NCBI GenBank assembly: GCA_977017645.1
Contig: OZ360227.1
Span: 101,184,001-101,248,000 of the forward strand
Length of the DNA: 64,000 nucleotides
Reading direction: 5' to 3'
Source: Torpedo marmorata
Taxonomy: Eukaryota
Below are positions 13,481-23,105 of this stretch, in pieces. The translations under genes and the position numbers were made by a program. The notes beneath the pieces are model-generated. The model searched no databases. It was given only the letters and a program-made list of their open reading frames with translations, and was not told the DNA's origin. The stretch's first letter is position 1. Each line of letters starts with the position of its first letter.

Positions 13481-14900
13481 GAACATATGAGTTAGGAGCA
13501 GGAGGAGGCAACTCGGCCCTGGAAGCTTGCTCTGTCTCTAAAAAAGGTAATGGACGACCTGATTCCCATTGACTGATGATAACCTTTCGTGCACTTGCTA
13601 TCAAGTATCTATTTACCTCTGGCTTAAAAATGTTCTAAGTCCCTGCCTCTGCCATGTTTTGTGAATGAGAGTTATGAAGATTTACAGCCCTATGAGCTAA
13701 AGAATTTCACTTCATTGATGTCTTAAATGGGAAACCCTATATTTTAAAATAGAGGCCCTTCATTCCAGACTCTTCACACCTTTTGTGTCAAGACTCATCA
13801 TGATCTCATGTGTCAGTCAAGTTGCCTCTCACTTTTCTGAACTCAAATTGATAAAAGCCTAGTCTGTCTTCATCAGACACCCCATCCATTCCAAATATTA
13901 GTTTAGTAAAAATTTGCCTTACATGATTCTTTAATGGTAAGACCACCAGCCTTCACTGTATTCCAGGTGAAGTCTCACCATTTCCCTATTTAACTAAGCA
14001 TAGCTTAACCTTTCTGGACGGACCTTAGGGAAACTCTTAGAACAAATTACAGAAATTCAGTTCCCACAATGCCCAGAATTATTTCTATTGGGCATTATCT
14101 CCGGCGTAAGACCTAAGTTGAGGCTGTCAAAATTTCAAATAAAATTTCTGGAGATCGCATTGGCGGTGGCCAGGAAATGTATAGCGGTCACATGGAAGTC
14201 TGATTCCCATCTAGGTATGACAAGATGGAATGAGGAAATGTACAGTTGTGTTCCCCTTGAGAAGATTACCTATAATCTTAGAAATAGATATGATATATTT
14301 TTAAAGATTTGGACTCCATATTTACAACATATGGCTGTAAATCTATAACCAGGCCCCCCTCGCCTCCAGGACCTATGTCCATTTCTTCTTCAGAAATCCG
14401 AGTATGCCAAGTAATTTAAGCCTGTGGGGTGATCACGAGCCTCCAACGTCTTCTTTCCTTTTCTATTTCAACCTTTTCTTATTCTATTCCTCTTTTTTTT
14501 TAGGGGGGAATTGGGTGGGTGGGTTTTCCTTTGTTTGTAATTTTGTTGTTGTTTTTTAGTATAATAGCCAACAGACGAATATTATATTTGATGATGTATT
14601 ATTTTTGTTATTGATAATAGGTTTTGCTTTAAAAAATACAAATAAAATATTTAAAAAAACTAAGCATAGCCTCCCTACTTTATTCAATTCCAGTGGCAAT
14701 AATCAATAACATTCCAATAATTTTGTCATTACACGCTGCACTTGGATTCTAGTCTTCTATGCATCATGCACCAAGATCTCTCTGCATCTCAGAGCACTGG
14801 AACCTCACACTGTTCAGATGATATGCTTCATTTTTATTTCTCCTGCCAAAAGAAAAAAACAACTTCACATGTAATATTGTAACATCTCTTAGGATCAACT
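13481..14900 (-). mobile_element. Old CR1 fragment, antisense, split by an L1 insertion
   Basis: Starts gaacatatgagttaggagcaggaggaggcaactcggccc (CR1 tail in reverse); resumes after the L1 TSD at 14658. Confidence 0.55.
14005..14657 (+). mobile_element. 5'-truncated L1-clade LINE 3' end
   Basis: ALAVARKCIAVTWKS...PLEKITYNLRNRYDIFLKIWTPY; G-rich UTR; AATAAA plus A tail; TSD AACTAAGCATAGC (13992-14004, 14658-14670). Confidence 0.85.
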
Positions 14901-15498
14901 TCATATCCACTGTGTTTTCAGGCTTTCAGGCATTTGTGATGACTTTTATTTCAAATCAGATTTCTTCTATGCCAGTGGCAATCAACAGGTCACCCCTCTG
15001 TTTACACAATGGATAATCCACCAGATGCAAGGGTTTTATTGATAATGCCCTGACAACGCTTGGGCAAAGACTTGCCTCCATCTGACCATGCACATGGAGC
15101 CTCCTGATGTATCCAGGCCAGGCAGCCCTCGTGTCTCTGTCCTACTCAGCAGTAACCTAGTCAAACCTGCTGCACACGCGAGTGTAATAACAACACAATG
15201 CCACACTTCATTTGTGGCTTGTTGTGCTCAATGCTCTCATTGGTACGTAATGTTGCTGTCAACAAGATGTCGTGTGGGAAAGCATCACATAAAATCAGTT
15301 TTGGTGTTGCAAATTCAGTTGAAAATGCCAAGTGGGAGTTATAAATTGTGCTCCAACAACCCTGAAGAAAAATCACCATCCCAATTTGAAATAACTTTGT
15401 GAATTAATGCATACATGAAACCAAATAGGCTGTGTTTACTTGCAAAAGAGCACCCTTGAGCTATATACATGTTGAGAGTTTAAGCTGGCAGACCGACT

Positions 15499-16145
15499 AT
15501 TCAGATTTCAGATTTATTGTTTCAGATTTCAGATGTACATACGACATCACATAAAACCCTGAGATTCTTCTTCCTGCGGATGAGGTATAATTACCACTTA
15601 TTGGCAGTATAAAAAAAACAGACTCAATGTACACATGTAAACAAATAAAGAAATGTAAACAAACTGGCTGTGCAATACAGAGAAAGAAAAAAAAATCAAT
15701 AAAGTGCTAAATTAAGAGTCCTTAAATGATTGAGTTTATTGTTGAGGAGTCTGATGGTGGAGGGGTAGCAGCTTTCCCTGAACCTGATGGTGTGAGTCTT
15801 GTGGCACCTATACCTATTTCCTGATGGTAGCAATGAGAACGGAGCGTGTGCTGGGTGGTGTGGATCCTTGTTCATTGCTGCTCCTCTCCGATGGCAGCGT
15901 TCCCTGTAGATGTTCTCAATGGTGGGGAGGGTTTTGCCTGTGATGTCCTGGGCTGTGTCCACTACCTTTTGCAGGACTTTGCGCTCAGGGGTATTGGTGT
16001 CCCCATACCAGACCATGATGTAGCTGGTAAGCACACTTTCCACCACACATCTGTAGAAATTTTCCAGGGTTACCAATGTCATACCAAACCTCCACAAACT
16101 CCTGAGGAAGCAGAGGCGCTGACGTGCTTTCTTCACGATGCCATT
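15499..16145 (-). mobile_element. Rex1/Babar LINE, 3' part (interrupted by BEL element)
   Basis: IVKKARQRLCFLRSLWRFGM...FYRCVVESVLT; continues at 21624; collinear with the uninterrupted copy near 37750. Confidence 0.9.
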
Positions 16146-16680
16146 TGTAAGAGCCATAGGCTTGGTTACTTACCTTCATCGCGGCGTTCCGATGTATCCA
16201 GCGGGTTTCAGAGGAGTTACGGAGATTAGTAGGCTGTGCTAGGCCTATTGAGTAATCTGCGCATGCGCGGGAGTGCCGACGGGCGCATGCGCAGTAGGGA
16301 AGTGGCTGGAGCATGCGCGGTGGAGTATGCGCGGTGGACCATGCGCGTTAATCAGGGAAGAAGTATATAAGAATATGGCGACTTAGAGGAGGGTGAGTGA
16401 GATCGCCATAGCTTTCATTGACCGTTTAAAGGAAGTTATAAAGAATCGTTTTAAAGGAAGTTTAAAGACGTTTTAAAGAATTGTTATTAAACATCATTAT
16501 CAAGAATTGTTTATATTTCGTTAAAGAAGATATTTAAGTCTTTGAAGATTGCTACAAGTCATCGTGTGTAAATAAAGTTTTTTAACCTATTGGACTTGTT
16601 AGTAAATTAATTGAAACGCGTCATGAACAAGTGTCTCACCTAGCCTCCAAGTGACTATTTGTTGGATTGAAATCACTATA
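16146..16680 (+). repeat. 5' LTR of BEL element
   Basis: TGTAA...CTATA; TATATAA at 16364; AATAAA at 16571; ~18 substitutions versus the 3' LTR counted by eye, many at CpG. Confidence 0.95.
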
Positions 16681-17139
16681 TTTTAGTCAATGAAAGTTTA
16701 TTGTTTGGAACAGAAAATTGAAGGAAAGAAGATAGAATAAGCTCTCTGTGCTTTGGACTGATATTTAAAATAAGATGGTGGCCATTTTGGAAATGCCTCG
16801 AGTTAGGGGCAGTTTGTAATCCACATCCATCTGCCATGAGTATCAGCCAGAGAGGGATATAGAGCTTCAAATCTTATAGTGAAGTGTCCTACAAAAATAC
16901 GCTGGAGAAACCATTTCTCGAAAATCAGCGATATTATTGACGGATGCTGCGGTGGAAACTCGTTTGTGAATAGTAGCACATTACAGTCATCTGAAGTGGT
17001 AGGCATAAGTCTGTGGACTCCTTCTGTGTATCTTTGGCAAGTTTGAACACAGATTGGATTTGCTGCCGCAGTCCATTGGGGACTGTTGATTTGGCTAGTG
17101 TTGTGTATGCTAGAACGACGGTGGAACAAGACAAGTAAA

Positions 17140-17784
17140 ATGGCCGCAGCAGCCACTGATGTTGCTGCTGAGGAACAACGTGTTGAAGACATGAAGGTTG
17201 TGGAGCTCAAAGAAGAATTGAAGCGACTGAAACTAGATACAACTGGAAATAAAAAGGTTCTCATCACAAGACTGAAGCTGGCAAAGGAAGAAGAGGCTGC
17301 TTCGTTTGATGAACATGAAGACAGCAACGTGGAAATGGCGGAAAATGTGTCACCAAATGATGAAGAAAACGAAGAGGATGAAGATGCAAAGGATGTACAA
17401 TTCGAATTGGTGAAGGAGGTAAGTAAGAAGACAACATCTGACCTATAGGATGAAATACAAGCATGTGACAGTGTCTCAAATGTTGAAAGCAGGAGAAGCA
17501 AACTAAGTTCCGGTTCAAGCTCCAGAGTTTATCGTACTTCAAGTTCTGCATCGTCACGTACAAAGGTTGAAGTTGACTTGGCCACTCTTCTTGCGCAACA
17601 AAAAACACTTAAGGATAAACATATTTTAGAACGACAGGAGGAGCAGCTAAGGCAAAAGGAGGAGCAGCTAAAGCAGCAGCTAGAGCAGCAGCTAAGCCAA
17701 GAGAAGGAGCAGCTAAGGCAGAGAAAGGAGCAGCAGGATCTGGAAGCAAACATTACTATTGCCAGGGCAAAAAAAAGGTACTAG
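17140..17784 (+). pseudogene. Gag N-terminus: SAP domain plus BEL gag coiled coil (in-frame stop at 17446)
   Basis: MAAAAT...VEDMKVVELKEELKRLKLDTTGNKKVLITRLKLA, then in the same frame DSVSNVESRRSK...LLAQQKTLKDKHILERQEEQL as in fish BEL gag. Confidence 0.8.
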
Positions 17785-18114
17785 AAGGCTCAATGGTATC
17801 TGTTACTCGGAGTAAATTATCTAAAGTGTGCAATGATAAGAAGTTATATTTTAAAAAAGAGCCACAGGAAAAGAAACCAACCAAAAAGGTAGATATTTTA
17901 GTACCAAGGGTACAAGACTTGCAAATACAAGGACAAATCCTTCAAGATCATGTTGTTATCGAGTCACATGTACCAGTGGTAACATCCGAAGACAAAGCTG
18001 TGGCTTGGGTTCGGTCAAACGATGCAGCTCCCTTGTCATCTGAGTCAAGCATCAGAAATATGGGAGAAACTACACCAGTGAGGTTTCCAGATACATTACC
18101 TGTAACAAGAGGCG

Positions 18115-19110
18115 GTGAACAGAGCAATGTATTGTCATCCAAAGGAAAGAAAAAATGAAATTGCTGCATCATTGATTCAGTTACAGTCTCTCTCTTCTTT
18201 GCTTAAGAAAGAGATTCAAACTTTTGATGGTGATCCACTTCAGTACCAAGCGCTCATGAAATCTTTTAGACGCAATATTGAAAATAAATGTCAAGACCCT
18301 GATGAATGTCTTTATTATTTGGAAATGTTCACAAAGGGACATCCAAGAGAACTTGTAAAGAGTTGTCAACATATGTCCTCAGAAAGAGGATTAGACAGAG
18401 CTAAGTCTTTACTAGAACAACATTTTGGCAACAAGCATCGAATTGCTTTAGCTTATATGGATAAAGCTCTTAAATGGACATCAATAAAACAGAATGATGT
18501 AAAGGCTCTACAAGCATGTACTCTCTTTTTAAGAGGATGTTGTAATGCCATGGAAGATATCGATAATATTCGTGAGCTTGACGTGCCTGGTAATATGCGA
18601 ATCATCTTAGATAAATTACCTTACAAGTTGTGGGATAGATGGAGAAATTTGGCTTGTGATTTACAAGAAAATTACAGTCAAAGAGCTACCTTAAAGGATT
18701 TGGTAAATTTTCTTGAACGACAGGTGTACATTGAAACAGATCCAATATATGGAAATACCAGAGACAATTCAATGGGGAACAAAGATGTAAGGAAGTCAAA
18801 CTCACAGCCTAGTCCAAAATTGAAAATGAGTACTTTTGCTACTAATGTGTCAGTTATAAATAAAGAAAAAGATAAAGTAAATAAGGAAAAGGAAAGTTTG
18901 ACTAATGAGAAGAGTTGTTTGTTCTGTAAAGGTGTACATGCTTTGGAAATGTGTTTACGGTTGGAAAAGAAGGAACATAATGAGAAGATCGCTTTCTTAA
19001 AGGAAAATGGAGTGTAGTTTAGCTGTCTGTGTAAAGGGCACATCAGTAAAAACTGCGAGAAGCGAATTAACTGTAACATATGCAATTTGAAGCATCCTAG
19101 AATGTTGCAT
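18115..19110 (+). pseudogene. BEL/Pao gag core (DUF1759-like) with three Cys/His knuckles
   Basis: EIQTFDGDPLQY...LYYLEMFTKGHPRELVKSC...LLEQHFG; CLFCKGVHALEMC, (stop replaces C)FSCLCKGHISKNC, CNICNLKHPRMLH. Confidence 0.9.
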
Positions 19111-20832
19111 ATCCATCAAAGAAACAAGGAATTGGAAAAGGAGCAAACAGAAACAAAGGAAACATCAGAAAACAATGTTATAGCCTCGGTTCAGACAAGT
19201 GGTCTTACCGGGGCCGGTATGGATAACTGCAAACTTTCAATAGTGCCTGTACAAGTCAAGATTAAGAACGGGGATGCAACAGTACATACGTATGCATTTC
19301 TCGACTCAGGCAGCACTGAATCTTTTTGCACGGTGGGACTAATGCACAAACTTAATATTCAAGGAAGAAGGTCAAGAATTATGTTGAAACCCATGGGACA
19401 AGAAAAGGTTGTTGAAACCAGCATTGTTTCAGGCTTAGAGGTTGCTGGATTGTATGACAAAAAATTTTGTGATCTTCCAAGTTTATATACTCAGAAGATT
19501 ATGCCTGTGCACGAAGGAAACATTCCGCATCAAAATGATTTCCATCATTTGTCTTATCTGTGGAAGGTTTATTTACCTGAAGTTAATTCTGAGATAGAAA
19601 TGCTGATTGGTTCAGATGTACCAAAGGTTCTGGAACCACCAGAAGTAATACAGAGTAGAGAGAATTGTCCTTACGCTGTTAGAACCAAGCTTGGTTGGCC
19701 AATCAATGGACCATTGGAAAGAAATAATGATATTGCACAGGAACAGTTAGTGATAAATGTTAACAGAATTTCGGTTGTGAAATTTGATGAGTTAAGGGAA
19801 GAGCAAAAGACTGTGAATAAGAAAGTCACTTTTGAAGAAAAGAAAACAGATCAATGTGAAAATAAATCAAAGGTATTTAAAACAACATTGAAGGAATTAT
19901 TTTCATCAGAAATGGATGAAAATGAAGTATTAGAAGATGTTGCAAATAATACTAGTGATTATTCATGTGTAATTGAATCAGAGGCAGGAATAAAACAAGT
20001 GACTGAGAACAAATTTGAAAGTAAATTTTGTAGTTCGGAGGTTACAGCAGACAAAGTCAATGAAGAAATGTCGCAATGTGATGTAAAACTGGAGAACACA
20101 GAAAATTGTGCTGATGGAATAAAGAAGAATGTGAATGATAATTTAATGCAATTGAATTCAGAGAACAAAATGTTGAAAGGGGAACTGGAAATATTGGATA
20201 ATCATGAAAACAGTAAACAGAAAGATTTCATTGTAAATAAAATTCGCAAAGTCAGAAAGCGGAAGAAAAGAATAACTGCTGAAGAAATAAATACAGTTAT
20301 TGAAGAAAGAGATTCAACATTATCAAGATGTAAAAGGTTGGAGGAAGAGATTCATTTTTTGAAAGAGATCAAGTTATTGGTTAATAACACAAAACAGCTG
20401 ACTATAGAAAACAATCAAGAATGTAAATTGAAGGTTCAGCTGTTAACAATGCAGAAAGAAAGTGATATTGCATTGCAGCAATGTAACAAGCAAGATGAAG
20501 AAATTCAAATATTTCAAGTTTACCATAGCAGGGTTGACAACAAAAGTATCAATGTATCACATGATATTTTCACTTCAGATCAAGTTATTAATTTCTCAGA
20601 AGGAACTGAGACTGAATTGAAAGTTGCAAAATTGGATTTGGAATTGCAGGAAAAGGCAATAGAAACCAGAGTGGTTAAAGAGACTCGTTTATTAAAATCG
20701 AGAGGATCAGATAAATATTCAAATTCTGGTTATGAAAGTTCAAATTATTCATATGAGAAACGACATGTTGAAGAAGTACCTTGTGTTAAATTCAAAAGGA
20801 AAAACTATCTATTTTGTCTGAGGAAGATTTGA
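19087..20832 (+). pseudogene. BEL aspartic protease fused to a non-pol tail containing a MIPOL1-like coiled coil
   Basis: SIVPVQV..TYAFLDSGSTESFC, MLIGSDVP, AVRTKLGWPINGP; then ITAEEINTVIEERDSTLSRCKRLEEEI where RT should be. Confidence 0.85.
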
Positions 20833-21088
20833 GGTTTACTGGTCGACGTTCTAACTCAAAGATTCTGGAGATAAAATAACTTTGATAAATACAAACTGAC
20901 TTTATTTTGTTATTTTGTATACTACACAGGTTACAGACTTTTACTGATCCAGAGTTATGGTAAACTCTGTTCTTATGAAGAAAGAAGATTTGTATATTGT
21001 TTGAATGTTATATGGTTATTGTTATTTGTAATTGATTGTATAATTATTATTTAAGACATTGCGTCTCGTTATAATAATTAGGGGCCGG

Positions 21089-21623
21089 TGTAAAAGCCAT
21101 AGGCTTGGTTACTTACCTTCATCGTGGCGTTCCGATGTATCCAGCGGGTTTCGGAGGAGTTACGGAGATTAGTGGGCTGTGCTAGGCCTATTGAGTACTC
21201 TACGCATGTGCGGGAGTGCCGACGGGCGCATGCACAGTGGGGAAGTGGCTGGAGCATGCGCGGTGGAGTATGCGCGGTGGAGCATGCGCGTTAATCAGGG
21301 AAGAAGTATATAAGAATATGGCGACTTAGAGGAGGGTGAGTGAGATCGCCATAGCTTTCATTGACCATTTAAAGGAAGTTATAAAGAATCATTTTAAAGG
21401 AAGTTTAAAGACGTTTTAAAGAATCGTTATTAAACATCGTTATCAAGAATTGTTTATATTTCGTTAAAGAAGATATTTAAGTCATTGAAGATTGCTACAA
21501 GTCATCGTGTGTAAATAAAGTTTTTGAACCTATTGGACTTGTTAGTAAATTAATTGAAATGCGTCATGAACAAGTGTCTCACCTAGCCTCCAAGTGACTA
21601 TTTGTTGGATTGAAGTCACTATA
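21089..21623 (+). repeat. 3' LTR of BEL element
   Basis: Direct repeat of 16146-16680, followed immediately by TSD CCATT. Confidence 0.95.
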
Positions 21624-22196
21624 CCATTAGTGTGTTGGGTCCTGGAAAGATCCTCCGAGATAGTGACTCCCAAGAACTTAAATTTGCTCACCTTCTCCAT
21701 CTCTTATCCCCCAATGATCACTGGTTCGTATACCTCTGGTTTTCCCTTCCTGAAATCAATAATCAGCTCCTTGGTTTTGGTGACACTGAGTGCAAGGTTG
21801 TTGTTGGAGCACCATTCAGCCAAGTTTTCAATCTCCCTCCTGTATGCTGACTCATCGTCCCTTATTAAGCAACCCACTACTGTGGTATCGTCAGTGAATT
21901 TGTAGATGGTGTTGTTGTCGTACCAAGCCACACAGTCATAGGTGTAAAGTGAGTAGAGCAGAGGGCTAAGAACTTAGTCCTGTGGTTCTCCGGTACTGAT
22001 GGAGATTGTGGGGGAGATGTAATATCAATCCTCTGATTGTGGTCTGGAGGTGAGGAAATCAAGGATCCAATTACACAGTGGGCTTTTGAGTCCTAGGTCT
22101 TGGAGTTTGCTGATCAATTTTGAGGGGATGATGGTGTTAAATGCTGAACTGTAGTCGATAAAGAGCATCCTGGTGTATGCATCTTTGCTTTCCAGG
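21624..22196 (-). mobile_element. Rex1/Babar LINE, RT part (continuation of 15499-16145)
   Basis: [29 protein letters not shown]...ESAYRREIENLAEWC. Confidence 0.9.
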
Positions 22197-22379
22197 TTGT
22201 GTGTGACATTTCTTCGTAGCTGAGAAGCAAGCACTCTATATGACTCATCACCCAGTGCTCCACGACCTGCTTGTGCCAACTCATCTTCCTCCCTTTGGGA
22301 TCCTCAGCAGAGGCTCAGTGGGTTTGTGATGCCCTTTGTAAGCCCAAACCTTGGTGCTGGCCATAGAGAAAAGTACCCA

Positions 22380-22482
22380 TCAAAACGTACTGGGGGTGTA
22401 GGTTAATTGGGTGTAAAATGGGCGGCACAGACTCATGGGCCGAAATGGCCTTTTACCGTGCTGTATGTCTAAATTTTAAATT
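22380..22482 (+). mobile_element. V-SINE (HE1-like) 3' tail fragment
   Basis: gggccgaaatggccttttaccgtgctgtatgtctaaatttt matches the tail of the SINE at 38503. Confidence 0.7.
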
Positions 22483-22784
22483 GTGGTTGATGACTCCTGA
22501 AGGGCATCTCCACATGTATCCAGCTTCACGTTAACTTTTCTAATAACACACATGGTATGCTTTCCAGTGGTCCTCGACCTTACTCCTTGGATGTCGGAAA
22601 GTTGTCATTTTTTAAGGAGGTTTCCTCTGCCTCTGAACAGCCAGCTGGTGACTCTAATTCCAAGGTCAAAGTCATTTGAGCTATTGGACTGCCACAGGAT
22701 GGAAACATCTTGGCTGATGCTGGATAACCTTTTGTGGTTGTCCACCAGATGTGCACTGTTGATGTGGAGCGGCCGATAGAAGAG

Positions 22785-23105
22785 AGGCCTCAGAGCTCCA
22801 GCACTCGAGGTTCATCTCTGACCTCTGTCCGTCTGCTATTTGCATGTTTTGCCTGTAACCCCATTGTTTAATTTTTCAGATGCTCCTATTTCCACATTCC
22901 AAAGAGATGCAGTTTGATAGATTAATTGGCCACTGTAAATGACCTCTTGTGTGCAGATGAGTGGTGGAATCAGGACAGTGTTGATGGAAACATGGGAAGA
23001 CTAAAATAGGATCAGTGTAGAATTAATGTAAATGGATATCTGAAGGTTGGCACTGACCTGATGGTAGAAGGGCCTGTTTCTGTGCTGTATGACTTTCTGA
23101 CTCTC
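22785..23105 (+). mobile_element. Older V-SINE-like element
   Basis: Decayed B-box and V-domain (tttgcatgtttt...), ttaattggccactgtaaat, CR1-like tail gaagggcctgtttctgtgctgtatgact. Confidence 0.6.

Larger units (their letters stand above)
16146..21623 (+). mobile_element. Non-autonomous BEL/Pao LTR retrotransposon carrying host-gene-like fragments
   Basis: Two 535-bp direct LTRs; TSD CCATT (16141-16145, 21624-21628); PPT-like AGGGGCCGG before the 3' LTR; BEL gag and protease motifs; no RT, RNase H or integrase core. Confidence 0.95.
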
